Source: Candidatus Nanopelagicaceae bacterium
GTDB lineage: Bacteria; Actinomycetota; Actinomycetes; Nanopelagicales; Nanopelagicaceae
Reading direction: 5' to 3'
DNA length: 64,000 bases
NCBI GenBank assembly: GCA_036504835.1
Contig: DASXUM010000029.1
Coordinates: 1,848 to 65,847, forward strand
The notes under the pieces were generated by a model, which worked only from the letters and a program-made list of their open reading frames with translations, ran no database searches and was not told the DNA's origin. Below are positions 25,117-35,797 of the stretch, one piece after another. Both the position numbers and the translations under genes were made by a program. Positions within the stretch are counted from its first letter, which is position 1, and each line of letters opens with the position of its first letter.

Positions 25117-25869
25117 TTAGCTACCGACGTACTCTGCGTAACCCTTCTCCTCAAGCTTATCTGCGAGTTCAGGTCCGCCCTCTTCGACGATGTGTCCGTT
25201 GGCAAACACGTGCACGAAGTCAGGTTTGATGTAGCGAAGTATGCGCGTGTAGTGGGTTATGAGCAGAACTCCGAGATCATTGGCGGCCTTTGCGCGATTG
25301 ACCCCTTCGGAGACAATCCGAAGCGCATCTACGTCAAGACCCGAATCTGTCTCGTCAAGGATTGCAATCTTTGGACGTAACAGCTCAAGCTGCATGATCT
25401 CGTGGCGTTTTTTCTCGCCGCCCGAAAAACCTTCATTGACGCTTCGCTCGGAGAAACCAGGGTCCATGTTGAGCGCATTCATAGCGGCCTTGACTTCGCC
25501 TACCCACGTACGCAACTTGGGAGCCTCACCACGAAGTGCCGTTGCAGCAGTTCGTAGAAAGTTCGAAACTGATACTCCAGGCACCTCTACGGGATACTGC
25601 ATTGCTAAGAAGAGGCCGGCCTTTGCTCGTTCATCGACCTTCATGGCTAATACGTCGGCCCCATCTAGGGTCACGCTTCCGCCGGTGACGGTGTACTTGG
25701 GATGACCGGCAATCGAGTAGGCAAGGGTGGATTTGCCTGAGCCGTTTGGGCCCATGATGGCGTGAGTCTCGCCGGAACGAATGGTGAGATCCACTCCCTT
25801 CAAAATTTCGATAGCGCCCTTATCGGTATTTACCGAAACTTCTAATCCACGAATTTCTAATGTGCTCAT
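25117..25869 (-). CDS. sufC: Fe-S assembly ATPase SufC
   Basis: GPNGSGKSTL, FSGGEKKRHEI, ILDETDSGLD, 250 aa. Confidence 0.96.
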   Translation of the reverse strand: MSTLEIRGLEVSVNTDKGAIEILKGVDLTIRSGETHAIMGPNGSGKSTLAYSIAGHPKYTVTGGSVTLDGADVLAMKVDERAKAGLFLAMQYPVEVPGVSVSNFLRTAATALRGEAPKLRTWVGEVKAAMNALNMDPGFSERSVNEGFSGGEKKRHEIMQLELLRPKIAILDETDSGLDVDALRIVSEGVNRAKAANDLGVLLITHYTRILRYIKPDFVHVFANGHIVEEGGPELADKLEEKGYAEYVGS

Positions 25870-25896
25870 CTTCTCCTCTTTCGGTTTCGGTAAGTT

Positions 25897-26193
25897 CTAA
25901 ATTTCGATGGTGACGGAATCGGCTTCAATATGTACTGGGTATGACTTGACTGGTTCTACTGCCGGGAGTGTCAAAGCCACTCCGGTGCGAAGATCAAATT
26001 CAGCGCCATGCAACCAGCACTCAATCCTGGTTCCCGTGATTTCGCCTTCAGATAGCGAGGCATCCGAATGGGTGCAAGTATCACCAATGGCGAAGACCTC
26101 ATCCCCAATTCGAGTGACGCATATCGACTGGCCATTCTTCTCCAAACGAACTGGCTTGTTCTGCTCCAGCTGCGAATAAAACAAATCTGACAT
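25897..26193 (-). CDS. Rieske [2Fe-2S] ferredoxin-like protein inside the suf operon
   Basis: The CTH...CWLHGAEF Rieske ligands are present. I place the start at MSDLFYSQLEQ (26193). The tracked extension overlaps sufD. Confidence 0.85.
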   Translation of the reverse strand: MSDLFYSQLEQNKPVRLEKNGQSICVTRIGDEVFAIGDTCTHSDASLSEGEITGTRIECWLHGAEFDLRTGVALTLPAVEPVKSYPVHIEADSVTIEI

Positions 26194-26197
26194 TTTC

Positions 26198-27292
26198 TTA
26201 GTGGCCCACCTTTTCGAGTTCGCTGTCAATTCGCACCATAAGACGTTCCTGGATTTCCTCATCCTCAATGTGAGCGATGATTTCGGCAAAGAATCCGCGT
26301 ACAACTAATCTGCGCGCCTCATCCATGGGTATTCCGCGAGACATCAGGTAGAAGAGTTGCTCGTCATCGAAACGACCTGTCGTGCTCGCATGTCCTGCGC
26401 CGACAATCTCCCCTGTCTCAATTTCAAGGTTGGGCACGGAATCTGCCCGTGCGCCATCACTTAGAAGAAGATTTCTATTTAGCTCGTAAGTGTCGGTTCC
26501 TTCGGCAGCCGCACGAATAAACACATCGCCAATCCACACTGTATGGGCACCTGCGCCTGAGAGCGCACCTTTGTAATTTACGCGGGACTTGGCCTGCGGA
26601 ATACCATGATCGATGTGAATGCGGTGCTCAAGATGCTGTCCCTCGGTTGCAAAATAGACGCCAGAGAGGTCCGCGAAAGAACCGGGGCCGCTGAATTCTA
26701 CGGTCGGAAGCAATCGGACAAGAGAACCGCCGACCGTGACAGTGACTGACTTGAATGTCGAGTCGCGGTCAAGGATCGCGTGATGACGCGCTGCATGGAT
26801 CGAGTCATTCGACCACTCCTGCAAAGTCACAAATGTCAGATGGGCACCGGGTGCCAGGATCATTTCTATATCCTCGCCGAGGATCGCAGCGCCGCTGTTT
26901 TCGACGACGACAGTGGCCGTGGAATTCTGGCCAACGGTGATACGAACTTGGGAAAGTTCCGCGCCATCGATACCCCCGCTTATGCGGTGGAGGTGAATCG
27001 CTTCGGTCACGTGAGTCTCGTCGGCAATTTCCAGCACAAAGACGTCTTCGGCCTCTGCGTGCACTCTCGCAACGATCACATCGTCAAAGTCCGAAACCGA
27101 TGAGACCAATTCGCGCGGTACACGTGTTGCTTGAACTCCAGGCTGGGGTTCGCTCTTCATGGCAAGCGACTTGATTCCACTTCTTATGGACGTGCCATCA
27201 TGAAGCCCAGCGAGTCGATTCAAAGGAGTGAACCTCCACGCCTCTTCCCTGCCCGTTGGAGTTAGGTAATTTGTAGCAAGAACAGACATCAA
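26198..27292 (-). CDS. sufD: Fe-S assembly protein SufD
   Basis: SufB/D beta-helix family, C-terminal [27 protein letters not shown], 364 aa. Confidence 0.92.
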   Translation of the reverse strand: MMSVLATNYLTPTGREEAWRFTPLNRLAGLHDGTSIRSGIKSLAMKSEPQPGVQATRVPRELVSSVSDFDDVIVARVHAEAEDVFVLEIADETHVTEAIHLHRISGGIDGAELSQVRITVGQNSTATVVVENSGAAILGEDIEMILAPGAHLTFVTLQEWSNDSIHAARHHAILDRDSTFKSVTVTVGGSLVRLLPTVEFSGPGSFADLSGVYFATEGQHLEHRIHIDHGIPQAKSRVNYKGALSGAGAHTVWIGDVFIRAAAEGTDTYELNRNLLLSDGARADSVPNLEIETGEIVGAGHASTTGRFDDEQLFYLMSRGIPMDEARRLVVRGFFAEIIAHIEDEEIQERLMVRIDSELEKVGH

Positions 27293-28698
27293 CCAACCGC
27301 ACCTTCCATTTGTAGTTCGATAAGGCGATTCAATTCGAGGGCATACTCCATCGGAAGTTCGCGAGCAATTGGCTCGATGAATCCTCGAACGATCATTGCC
27401 ATCGCTTCATCCTCTGAGAGGCCGCGCGACATGAGGTAGAACAATTGGTCGTCGCTGATCTTGGAGACGGTCGCTTCATGACCCATCGAAACGTCGTCCT
27501 CACGAATGTCCACATAGGGATATGTGTCAGACCGTGAAATCGTGTCGACAAGTAAGGCGTCGCACTTCACCGTGCTCTTGGAATGATGCGCGCCCTCTTG
27601 GATTTGAACAAGACCTCTGTATGAAGTCCTGCCACCACCGCGTGCTACCGACTTGGAAATGATGGTCGATGACGTATACGGAGCCGCGTGAACCATCTTG
27701 GCTCCCGCATCCTGATGCTGTCCTTCTCCTGCAAATGCAATCGAAAGAGTCTCACCTTTTGAGTGAGGACCAAGCAGGAATACGGCCGGGTACTTCATTG
27801 TGACCTTAGACCCGATGTTTCCGTCGATCCACTCCATCGTGGCACCTTCTGCGCACGTAGCGCGCTTGGTCACCAGGTTGTACACGTTGTTCGACCAGTT
27901 CTGAATCGTCGTGTAACGGACGCGAGCGCCCTTCTTCACGATGATTTCCACGACGGCCGAGTGAAGTGAGTCGGAAGAGTAGATCGGAGCAGTACAGCCT
28001 TCGACGTAGTGAATGTAGGAATCTTCATCCGCGATAATCAAGGTGCGCTCGAACTGCCCCATGTTCTCAGTGTTGATGCGGAAGTACGCCTGCAAAGGAA
28101 TATCAACATGGACGCCCTTTGGCACGTAAATGAACGAGCCGCCCGACCAGACCGATGTATTGAGTGCAGCAAACTTATTGTCGCCAACCGGTATCACGGT
28201 GCCGAAATACTCCTTGAAAAGCTCGGGGTGCTCTTTCAACGCCGTGTCAGTGTCAAGGAATATGACGCCTTGTTTCTGCAAATCCTCACGAATCGAGTGG
28301 TAAACAACTTCGGACTCATACTGCGCGGCAACTCCTGATACGAGTCGCTGCTTCTCGGCTTCAGGGATTCCGAGGCGGTCGTATGTGTTCTTAATTTCGT
28401 CGGGAAGGTCGTCCCACGTTGTCGCCTGCTTCTCCGTGGATCGCACGAAGTACTTGATCGTGTCGAAGAAGATCCCAGAGAGATCTGATCCCCACGTAGG
28501 CATTGGTTTCTTTTCGAAAAGTTTCAATCCTTTAAGACGCATATCGAGCATCCACTGGGGCTCAGATTTTTTCGATGAGATATCTCTAACAACGTCTTCA
28601 TTGAGACCACGGCGCGAGTTGGTACCCGCTGCATCAGAATCTGACCAGCCGTACTCGTATCTGCCAAGGCCTTCAAGTTCTGGATGCGCAGTTGTCAT
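27289..28698 (-). CDS. sufB: Fe-S assembly protein SufB (no intein)
   Basis: [18 protein letters not shown] ... [27 protein letters not shown], 469 aa from the ATG at 28698, which overlaps the sufR stop as ATGA. Confidence 0.95.
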   Translation of the reverse strand: MTTAHPELEGLGRYEYGWSDSDAAGTNSRRGLNEDVVRDISSKKSEPQWMLDMRLKGLKLFEKKPMPTWGSDLSGIFFDTIKYFVRSTEKQATTWDDLPDEIKNTYDRLGIPEAEKQRLVSGVAAQYESEVVYHSIREDLQKQGVIFLDTDTALKEHPELFKEYFGTVIPVGDNKFAALNTSVWSGGSFIYVPKGVHVDIPLQAYFRINTENMGQFERTLIIADEDSYIHYVEGCTAPIYSSDSLHSAVVEIIVKKGARVRYTTIQNWSNNVYNLVTKRATCAEGATMEWIDGNIGSKVTMKYPAVFLLGPHSKGETLSIAFAGEGQHQDAGAKMVHAAPYTSSTIISKSVARGGGRTSYRGLVQIQEGAHHSKSTVKCDALLVDTISRSDTYPYVDIREDDVSMGHEATVSKISDDQLFYLMSRGLSEDEAMAMIVRGFIEPIARELPMEYALELNRLIELQMEGAVG

Positions 28699-29399
28699 CG
28701 ATTTCCTCCTGTTTGTGTGGTCTGTAGAAGATTCGTCGTCGGCGAAGCATTCGGGATATATGTGGTGCAGACTCCATCGCCGTGGGCAATAGTCGCCAGT
28801 CGTTGGACGTGAGTGCCCAACACTCTGGAGAACGCTTGCGTCTCGGCTTCGCACAGCTGCGGGAATTGAGAGGCGACGTGGGCAATTGGGCAGTGATGCT
28901 GGCAAAGTTCCTCGCCATGGGCCCGCGGAAGCACAGTTGCCGCGTATCCCTCATCGGTCAGGAATTGGGCAAGGGCGTCGGCCCGTGCCGCCGAACTGGT
29001 TTCAGAAGAAATGATGGGGGTGAGCGTTCGCTCGATTTCTGCAGCATGGGCATTGGCGAAGGCCATCAGCGCCTCCGGACCCATCTGGGTTTGCAGGAAT
29101 TTCAGAGCAGATACGGCCAAATCGTCATAGGAGTGTTCAAATTTCTCCCGACCAGCGTCGCTCATGACAAAGACCTTGGAGGGACGACCCCGCCCTCGGC
29201 CATTCACGATGTGCGGCTCTCGGGCAACGAGGAGACCCTCGGCGACTAGGGAATCCAAATGACGCCTAATACCCGCGGGGGTAAAACCCAATTTTTCCGC
29301 GAGAACAACCGCGCTCATCGGTCCATTTTCCAGAATTGAGCGTGCTACCAGATCTCGAGTACGGGGATCCTCGACCTCTCCGGCTGGCATCTTTTTCAC
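28695..29399 (-). CDS. sufR: SufR-type transcriptional regulator (ArsR-like HTH plus Cys-rich sensor)
   Basis: N-terminal winged HTH ([23 protein letters not shown]) and C-terminal [21 protein letters not shown]. It is the first gene of the suf operon. The start is either GTG 29399 or ATG 29390. Confidence 0.85.
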   Translation of the reverse strand: MKKMPAGEVEDPRTRDLVARSILENGPMSAVVLAEKLGFTPAGIRRHLDSLVAEGLLVAREPHIVNGRGRGRPSKVFVMSDAGREKFEHSYDDLAVSALKFLQTQMGPEALMAFANAHAAEIERTLTPIISSETSSAARADALAQFLTDEGYAATVLPRAHGEELCQHHCPIAHVASQFPQLCEAETQAFSRVLGTHVQRLATIAHGDGVCTTYIPNASPTTNLLQTTQTGGNR

Positions 29400-29500
29400 A
29401 ACATAAGTGTGTCGTAATTCCTCGTTTTACGCCAGTTGGGGACTCGCGAGCGGGTCGGCCCTGTCTGCCATACCCCCCGGAAAGACTTAGGCTTGCCCGC

Positions 29501-30382
29501 ATGGCGTTAAGCGTGGAGGGTCTGCCCAAAGGACGGCTCGACAAGGCACTTTCCCCCATCTTGGGCCTTCTCCTCTTCTTCCAATCGGCCCTGGTAGTTA
29601 CCGGCGGAGCCGTCCGCATCACTGGTTCGGGCTTGGGATGTCCGACCTGGCCCAAATGCACGAGCGGGTCTTTCACCCCAGTTCCCCACCAGGCACAGGG
29701 TCAACTTCACGTCTGGATCGAGTTCGGAAATCGCCTCGTAACTCTGGGACTCCTTAGTGTTTCCATCATTGCCGTCGTCGCGGTGCTGCGCCTTAAGCGA
29801 TTTGATATTCGCGCCCTGACAATTGGCCAACTTGTGGGCATTCTCTTACAGATTCCGCTGGGCGGAATCACGGTGCTTACTCATTTGAATCCCATCGCGG
29901 TCGCATCTCATTTCATTCTCTCCATTATCTTGATCGCCCTTGGAACCTCCTTGTTCGACAGACGATCTCCTTCTCCCCGTATTTATCCGAGCGTGCGCCC
30001 CGGCGTGCGGATCTTGTCGCGCTCGCACCTGACATTGACCGCTCTTGTTATCGCCGTCGGAACCGTCGTCACTGGAAGTGGACCAAATGCTGGTGACAGT
30101 TCGGCGCCTCGCTTCCATATCCACATTCAATTCATCGCCTGGTTGCACGCAGATCTGGTGATTGGACTTGTAGTTCTCACGGGCATCATGCTCGTTGTAA
30201 CTTCTCAGTATCCGTCTCTTCGTAGGCGCATTGCCATATTCGGCGTAGTTGCCCTTGCTCAGGGCGCTATCGGATTTCTTCAGTACTATCAAGGTCTGCC
30301 AGAACTCCTTGTTGGAGCACACCTTCTCGGCGTAACTCTAATTTGGATCAGCGCATGGCGAATACATCTAGCAACAAAGTGA
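29501..30382 (+). CDS. ctaA: heme A synthase (COX15/CtaA)
   Basis: GSGLGCPTWPKC motif and a multi-TM body with paired His. I use the ATG at 29501, because the tracked upstream extension overlaps sufR. Confidence 0.85.
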   Translation: MALSVEGLPKGRLDKALSPILGLLLFFQSALVVTGGAVRITGSGLGCPTWPKCTSGSFTPVPHQAQGQLHVWIEFGNRLVTLGLLSVSIIAVVAVLRLKRFDIRALTIGQLVGILLQIPLGGITVLTHLNPIAVASHFILSIILIALGTSLFDRRSPSPRIYPSVRPGVRILSRSHLTLTALVIAVGTVVTGSGPNAGDSSAPRFHIHIQFIAWLHADLVIGLVVLTGIMLVVTSQYPSLRRRIAIFGVVALAQGAIGFLQYYQGLPELLVGAHLLGVTLIWISAWRIHLATK

Positions 30383-30401
30383 CGGACGGGGAAAGGAAGA
30401 A

Positions 30402-32456
30402 ATGAAAGAGGAACTCATGCAGTGGAGTGATCTTGATGATCGAGCTATCGCTTACGCGCGTGCGTTGGCAATGGATGCGGTGCAAAAAGTGGGTAATGGG
30501 CATCCCGGCACTGCAATGGCATTAGCGCCACTTGCATACTCTCTCTTCCAGCGACACCTCGTTCACGATCCTAATGACCCCACCTGGTTGGGACGCGATC
30601 GATTCATACTTTCATGTGGACATTCCTCTCTGACCTTGTACACGCAACTTTTTTACAGTGGTTATGGTCTGGAAATGAAGGATCTTCAGGAATTCCGCAC
30701 GTGGGGTTCCCTCACTCCGGGACACCCAGAGCACGGCCACACAGCGGGGGTGGAGACAACAACCGGTCCCCTTGGACAAGGAGTTGCGAACGGCGTTGGC
30801 ATGGCAATGGCGGCGCGCTACGAGCGAGGGCTTCTGGATCCCGATGCGCCTGTTGGAACAAGCATTTTTGATCATCAAATCTGGGTTATATGTTCAGATG
30901 GCGACCTTGAAGAAGGTGTGAGCGCCGAAGCATCCTCTCTTGCTGGAACGCAGGGATTAGGCGCACTTAACGTCATCTACGATGACAATCGAATTTCAAT
31001 TGAGGGTGACACGCACGTCGCCTTCACCGAAGATGTATCGGCACGCTTCCGAGCTTACGGGTGGAACGTTATAGATGTGGCAGCTCTGCCAGACGGAAAT
31101 GTAGATCGACCGGCGTTGGAGCAAGCTATGACGCAGGCCAAGAGCAGTACGGACAAGCCAACATTGATTCGGATGAAATCTGTCATCGCCTGGCCGGCGC
31201 CCCATGCACAGGGAACCGCCAAGTCCCATGGTTCAGCACTTGGAGACGCAGAGGTTGCCGAGACCAAGAGCGCACTTGGACTTGACCCAGAACAGAAGTT
31301 TGCGATGCCTAAAGAGATCCTCGATCACGTGCGTGCCGTTAAGTCGCGCGGCGCATCCGTGCACGCAGATTGGGATGCACGATTCAAGAAATGGGAATCT
31401 GACAACCCTGGTCGCGCCCAACTTCTTTCACGTTTGCGAGAGCGCTCACTGCCTTCAGATTGGGACGATGCAATTCCCGAATTCTCCTCGGAAAAAGAGA
31501 TTGCTACACGCAAAGCATCTGGCGACGTGATCGCCCAGATTGCCAAGGTGCTCCCGGAATTCTGGGGAGGTTCGGCCGACTTGGCCGAGAGCAACAACAC
31601 CACCATCGAAGGCGGTGGCTCATTCTTGCCGACGGGCAGCACCATGTCGGGCGCAAACCCATATGGCCGGATCATTCACTTTGGAATTCGCGAACATGCA
31701 ATGGGTTCAATTCTCAATGGAATCACCTTGCATGGCCTCACTCGAACTTTCGGTGGAACCTTCCTGGTCTTCAGCGACTACATGAGGCCAGCGGTGCGGT
31801 TGGCTGCACTCATGAATCTTGGCGTGACATTCGTTTGGACCCATGACTCAATTGGGTTGGGAGAAGACGGGCCTACCCATCAACCAGTCGAACACATCGC
31901 AGCACTTCGAGCGATCCCCAACTTGTCCGTGATTCGACCGGCAGATGCCAATGAAACGGCGGAAGCATGGCGTGTGATTCTGACAAGAGACGAGCCAAGC
32001 GCAATCCTGCTTTCACGACAGAACCTTCCAGTCTTCGACCGCAGGACATTCGCAAGTGCCCGCGGAGTCGAAAAAGGCGCTTACATTCTCAAGGAATCGA
32101 GTTCGGATCCAAAGGCAATTTTGATAGCTACAGGCTCGGAAGTCTCCCTTGCGGTATCAGCACAAGCAACCCTTGAATCTCAGGGAATCCCAACGAGAGT
32201 TGTGAGTGCGCCCTGCTTGGAATGGTTCGATCGACAGAGCCAAGCCTACAAAGACGAGGTGCTCCCCAAATCAGTGGGAGTCAAAATCAGCATTGAGGCA
32301 GGTATTGCTCAAGGTTGGCGAGATTATTTGGGAGACCAGGGCTTCTCGATATCGCTTGAGCATTTCGGTGCATCAGCTTCAGCCGCAACCCTTTTCAAGC
32401 AGTTCGGATTTACCGCCGAGCGAATCGTCGAAGAAGTTATGGGGAGGCTTTCTTGA
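30402..32456 (+). CDS. tkt: transketolase
   Basis: GNGHPGTAM and THDSIGLGEDGPTHQPVEH, 684 aa. An alternative start lies at 30417. Confidence 0.96.
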   Translation: MKEELMQWSDLDDRAIAYARALAMDAVQKVGNGHPGTAMALAPLAYSLFQRHLVHDPNDPTWLGRDRFILSCGHSSLTLYTQLFYSGYGLEMKDLQEFRTWGSLTPGHPEHGHTAGVETTTGPLGQGVANGVGMAMAARYERGLLDPDAPVGTSIFDHQIWVICSDGDLEEGVSAEASSLAGTQGLGALNVIYDDNRISIEGDTHVAFTEDVSARFRAYGWNVIDVAALPDGNVDRPALEQAMTQAKSSTDKPTLIRMKSVIAWPAPHAQGTAKSHGSALGDAEVAETKSALGLDPEQKFAMPKEILDHVRAVKSRGASVHADWDARFKKWESDNPGRAQLLSRLRERSLPSDWDDAIPEFSSEKEIATRKASGDVIAQIAKVLPEFWGGSADLAESNNTTIEGGGSFLPTGSTMSGANPYGRIIHFGIREHAMGSILNGITLHGLTRTFGGTFLVFSDYMRPAVRLAALMNLGVTFVWTHDSIGLGEDGPTHQPVEHIAALRAIPNLSVIRPADANETAEAWRVILTRDEPSAILLSRQNLPVFDRRTFASARGVEKGAYILKESSSDPKAILIATGSEVSLAVSAQATLESQGIPTRVVSAPCLEWFDRQSQAYKDEVLPKSVGVKISIEAGIAQGWRDYLGDQGFSISLEHFGASASAATLFKQFGFTAERIVEEVMGRLS

Positions 32457-33550
32457 TTACCGATCAGATTTCAAGTGCAGGGACATCTATCTGGCTCGAT
32501 GACCTATCTCGCAGCAAGATCACCGGCGAGGACGCGCATAGTTTGCCCTATCGCATCGCGCATAACAACGTAGTTGGCGTTACAACAAACCCGAGCATCT
32601 TCAACTCTGCAATTTCTCATGGCGCCGAATATGCGTCGAGTATCGCCGCCCTCAAGGCTCACTCAGTGGAAGAGGTTGTGCAGGTCTTGACGACTGATGA
32701 TGTGCGAAGCGCCTGCGATTTGTTTGCTCCAATATTCGAGGTTAGCAATGGCATAGACGGTCGAGTGAGCATTGAGGTTGATCCGAGATTGGCTCACGAA
32801 ACTGAAGAGTCAATCAAGCAGGGGCGTGAATTATGGAAATTGGTCGACCGTCCAAATGTGATGATCAAGATCCCCGCAACGCTAGAAGGACTGGATGCGA
32901 TCACGGCACTCCTTGCAGATGGCATCAGCGTAAACGTGACCCTCATCTTCTCCGTCGAACGCTACGTTAAGGTCTTTGAAGCCTTCATGAAGGGCCTGGA
33001 ACTCAGGTTGGCTGCTGGTAAAAGCATTTCGGAGGTGACATCTGTGGCCTCCCTGTTCGTAAGCCGAGTCGACACGGCCGTCGACGCCATCTTGAAGGCG
33101 AACAACTCACCATCGTCAACTGCGTTGCTTGGGAAGGCGGCGATCGCCAATGCCGTCCTCACCTATCAAGCATTTGAAGCCCTCTCTGCAACACCGCGAT
33201 CGAAAGCCCTTGAAAGTAATGGCGCACGTATCCAGCGACCCCTCTGGGCATCAACCGGGGTCAAGGATCCAGCCTATGACGACACCCGATACGTATTGGA
33301 TCTGGTTGCGCCCAACACTGTAAACACGATGCCGCAGGCAACATTGGATGCTGTCATTGATCATGGCGTACTTCGAGAAGTCACTCTCGAGGCAGAGTAC
33401 GCAAAATCACAATCGGTCTTCTTCTTGTTAGAAGAAGTTGGTGTTTCAATGAACGATGTGACGAACGAATTGGAAAGAGACGGTGTCAAGAAGTTCGCAG
33501 ATGCCTGGAACGAACTATTAGCGAATGTCGGAAAGGCACTGAACGCATGA
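32453..33550 (+). CDS. tal: transaldolase (long actinobacterial type)
   Basis: VGVTTNPSIF, the Schiff-base lysine context MIKIPAT, 365 aa, ATGA/TGA-coupled to its neighbours. Confidence 0.94.
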   Translation: MITDQISSAGTSIWLDDLSRSKITGEDAHSLPYRIAHNNVVGVTTNPSIFNSAISHGAEYASSIAALKAHSVEEVVQVLTTDDVRSACDLFAPIFEVSNGIDGRVSIEVDPRLAHETEESIKQGRELWKLVDRPNVMIKIPATLEGLDAITALLADGISVNVTLIFSVERYVKVFEAFMKGLELRLAAGKSISEVTSVASLFVSRVDTAVDAILKANNSPSSTALLGKAAIANAVLTYQAFEALSATPRSKALESNGARIQRPLWASTGVKDPAYDDTRYVLDLVAPNTVNTMPQATLDAVIDHGVLREVTLEAEYAKSQSVFFLLEEVGVSMNDVTNELERDGVKKFADAWNELLANVGKALNA

Positions 33551-35085
33551 TTTTATTACACGGGTCTCAGACTTCGAAGATCGATCCTTATGATCCCCGC
33601 TTCCTTGCACTTGTCCAAGCAAGTCAGAAAATCGCGGAGAAGGACGCTTCTTCGTGGGGCCCTGCCGCCCAGGAAGAAGCATCGATTCGACTCAACTGGG
33701 TGGATAGTCCACAAACATCCCGTGCGCTTCTTCCTGAATTAGATGCTCTCGCGGCAAGGTATCGCGCATTCAGCCGTGTGGTGCTGTGCGGAATGGGCGG
33801 TTCCTCATTGGCTCCTGAAGTTATCGCGGCATCGTTCGAGAAGGACTTGTTCGTGCTGGACAGTACAGACCCGGATTACATTGCACACGCCTTGAACGGG
33901 GATCTTTCCAAGACCGTTGTCGTCGTGAGCTCGAAGTCGGGCTCGACCGTCGAGACTGCGTCGCAGCGAGCACTTTTCGAATGGCAATTCACGAACGCCG
34001 GACTCAATCCAACAGATCACATGGTGATCGTTACCGATCCCGGTTCTCCTCTGGACAAAGATGCACGAACTCGCGGTTTCGCCGTCGTCAATGCTGATCC
34101 CAACGTAGGTGGGCGCTTCAGCGCGCTCACGGCATTTGGATTGGTTCCCGCAGCCTTGCTGGGCATTGATGTGTCAGTTCTCCTGGATGCGGCGAGTGAC
34201 GTTCTCCCCTCTTTCCAAGGCAATCAATCCCCGGCAGTTGCAGCGGCATTCATGTTGGCCTACCAATCCGGCCAATACCTTGCCTTTAGTGATACAGACT
34301 CTGGAATGCCGGGTCTTTCTGATTGGATCGAACAACTCATTGCCGAGTCAACGGGAAAAGAAAAGGTCGGTCGGCTGCCAATTGTGCTCGAATCACAATC
34401 GTCGCCGATCGGCGGTGAAGGTATGCGAATTTCTTTCTCAGGCAAGAGCGACTTGGTCATCGAGGGTGACTTGGGTTCGCAGTTTATTTTCTGGGAGTGG
34501 GTTACTGCCCTTCTTGGGTTTGCATTGGAGATAGACCCCTTTAATCAGCCGAACGTGACCGAGGCAAAAGAACAGACCGCCTCACTACTTACCGCCTGGG
34601 CAGGCAAACTTCCGAAGTTCACCCCTAATTTCGTTGATGGTGCAGTAGAGATCTTCGCCGACGCATCGACAGTGCAAGATGCGCTAACAAAGGTCATTGA
34701 CGCCGTCTCCCCCGACGGTTACATAGCAGTCATGGCATACCTGGATCGAAAGGGTGACGAGGAGCTAGCTCAATTGCGACGGATACTGGCTGAAAAGAGT
34801 TCGCGGCCGGTGACCTTCGGTTGGGGTCCTCGTTTTCTGCACTCAACTGGTCAGTTCCATAAAGGTGGGCAGCAAAACGGTGTATTCCTTCAAATCACTG
34901 GTGAACCCAGCCTTGATATCGAAATCCCGGGAAAAGAATTTACTTTCAAAACCCTCATCGCCGCACAGGCATTAGGTGATGGGCAGGCCCTGTCATCGCG
35001 AGGATTGACCGTTGTACGCCTTCATCTGCGCGACCGAGACAACGGCATCGCTGAAATCCTCAGCGCGGCAAGAGCGATTATTTAG
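33547..35085 (+). CDS. pgi: glucose-6-phosphate isomerase (short form often linked or fused to tal)
   Basis: SIS-domain motifs GMGGSSLAPEV and SKSGSTVET, 512 aa. The start overlaps the tal stop. Confidence 0.85.
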   Translation: MILLHGSQTSKIDPYDPRFLALVQASQKIAEKDASSWGPAAQEEASIRLNWVDSPQTSRALLPELDALAARYRAFSRVVLCGMGGSSLAPEVIAASFEKDLFVLDSTDPDYIAHALNGDLSKTVVVVSSKSGSTVETASQRALFEWQFTNAGLNPTDHMVIVTDPGSPLDKDARTRGFAVVNADPNVGGRFSALTAFGLVPAALLGIDVSVLLDAASDVLPSFQGNQSPAVAAAFMLAYQSGQYLAFSDTDSGMPGLSDWIEQLIAESTGKEKVGRLPIVLESQSSPIGGEGMRISFSGKSDLVIEGDLGSQFIFWEWVTALLGFALEIDPFNQPNVTEAKEQTASLLTAWAGKLPKFTPNFVDGAVEIFADASTVQDALTKVIDAVSPDGYIAVMAYLDRKGDEELAQLRRILAEKSSRPVTFGWGPRFLHSTGQFHKGGQQNGVFLQITGEPSLDIEIPGKEFTFKTLIAAQALGDGQALSSRGLTVVRLHLRDRDNGIAEILSAARAII

Positions 35086-35429
35086 TCTTCGTCTTCTCCG
35101 CGAAGTTTGCGAAGAGCCTCTTCTAGGATCTTCTGTCCTTCAGCATCGCTGCGACGCTCTTTCACATAAGCCAAGTGGGTCTTGTATGGCTCGTTCTTGA
35201 TGGGGCTGGGCGGATTGGCCTTGTCACGACCGGCCGGGTAACCACAGCGAGGACAGTCCCACTCATCCGGGATGACCACAGTTGCGTCCTCTGCAAAGGA
35301 GGGACGGGTCTCGTGCCCATTGGCACACCAGTAAGAAATTTGGAATCGGCCGATCGATTCTCCGCGCTCGGCCTCGCCCATTGGGCCTGCACCGACGCGA
35401 CTACCCCGAATTGCGCTTCCGCCTGCCAT
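35082..35429 (-). CDS. rbpA: RNA polymerase-binding protein RbpA
   Basis: IRGSRVG ... YWCANGH ... WDCPRCG (zinc-type RbpA core), then a basic linker and the sigma-interaction helix THLAYVKERR, 115 aa. Confidence 0.88.
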   Translation of the reverse strand: MAGGSAIRGSRVGAGPMGEAERGESIGRFQISYWCANGHETRPSFAEDATVVIPDEWDCPRCGYPAGRDKANPPSPIKNEPYKTHLAYVKERRSDAEGQKILEEALRKLRGEDED

Positions 35430-35503
35430 CTTTACTCCCTGTTGTAGTTACACCTTCACGATTGTAGAAAATTCCGTCAATCCGTACCCATGCCGAATGC
35501 GAC

Positions 35504-35731
35504 CTACTTAAGGGCCAAACTCAGAGCAACGACACCGGCGAACCAGAGACCGCCCACCACGATGGTAATTCTGTCGAGGTTACGTTCGACCACAGAGGAC
35601 CCGCCATAGTTCGAGGAGACCCCGCCGCCAAAGAGATCGGAGAGCCCGCTGCCCTTGCCCTTATGCAACAGGACCAGAAGTACCATCAGGACGCTCGTGA
35701 TCACGAGCAGAATGGACAGAGCCAGTTTCAT
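35504..35731 (-). CDS. secG: preprotein translocase subunit SecG
   Basis: 75 aa, two TM helices with a Gly-rich linker, located after tpiA as in other Actinomycetota. Confidence 0.85.
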   Translation of the reverse strand: MKLALSILLVITSVLMVLLVLLHKGKGSGLSDLFGGGVSSNYGGSSVVERNLDRITIVVGGLWFAGVVALSLALK

Positions 35732-35797
35732 TTTTACCCCTTATTGGTCCTTGCTAGTTCGCAAACCAGTAGAGGAGAAGGATAACGCACCTGCACC

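Noticed and set aside
27289-28698. Possible intein in SufB, as occurs in Mycobacterium tuberculosis
   Set aside because: The protein is 469 aa and continuous with the SufB core. There is no insertion or Cys/Ser...HN splice-junction block.
28699-28905. Long N-terminal extensions in tracked ORFs: sufB here, and also pgk 37778-37906, polA 54707-54913, sufS 25098-25205, ctaA 29336-29500
   Set aside because: The extensions overlap the upstream or divergent gene and are not similar to the conserved N-termini. Internal ATGs that match the family N-terminus and give ATGA/TAATG coupling were preferred.
29400-29500. SufR operator in the divergent sufR-ctaA spacer, for example the palindrome CTCGCGAG at 29444-29451
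   Set aside because: I do not know a reliable actinobacterial SufR consensus, and the palindrome is short and GC-rich. That is insufficient to call an operator. The region is simply a divergent promoter spacer.
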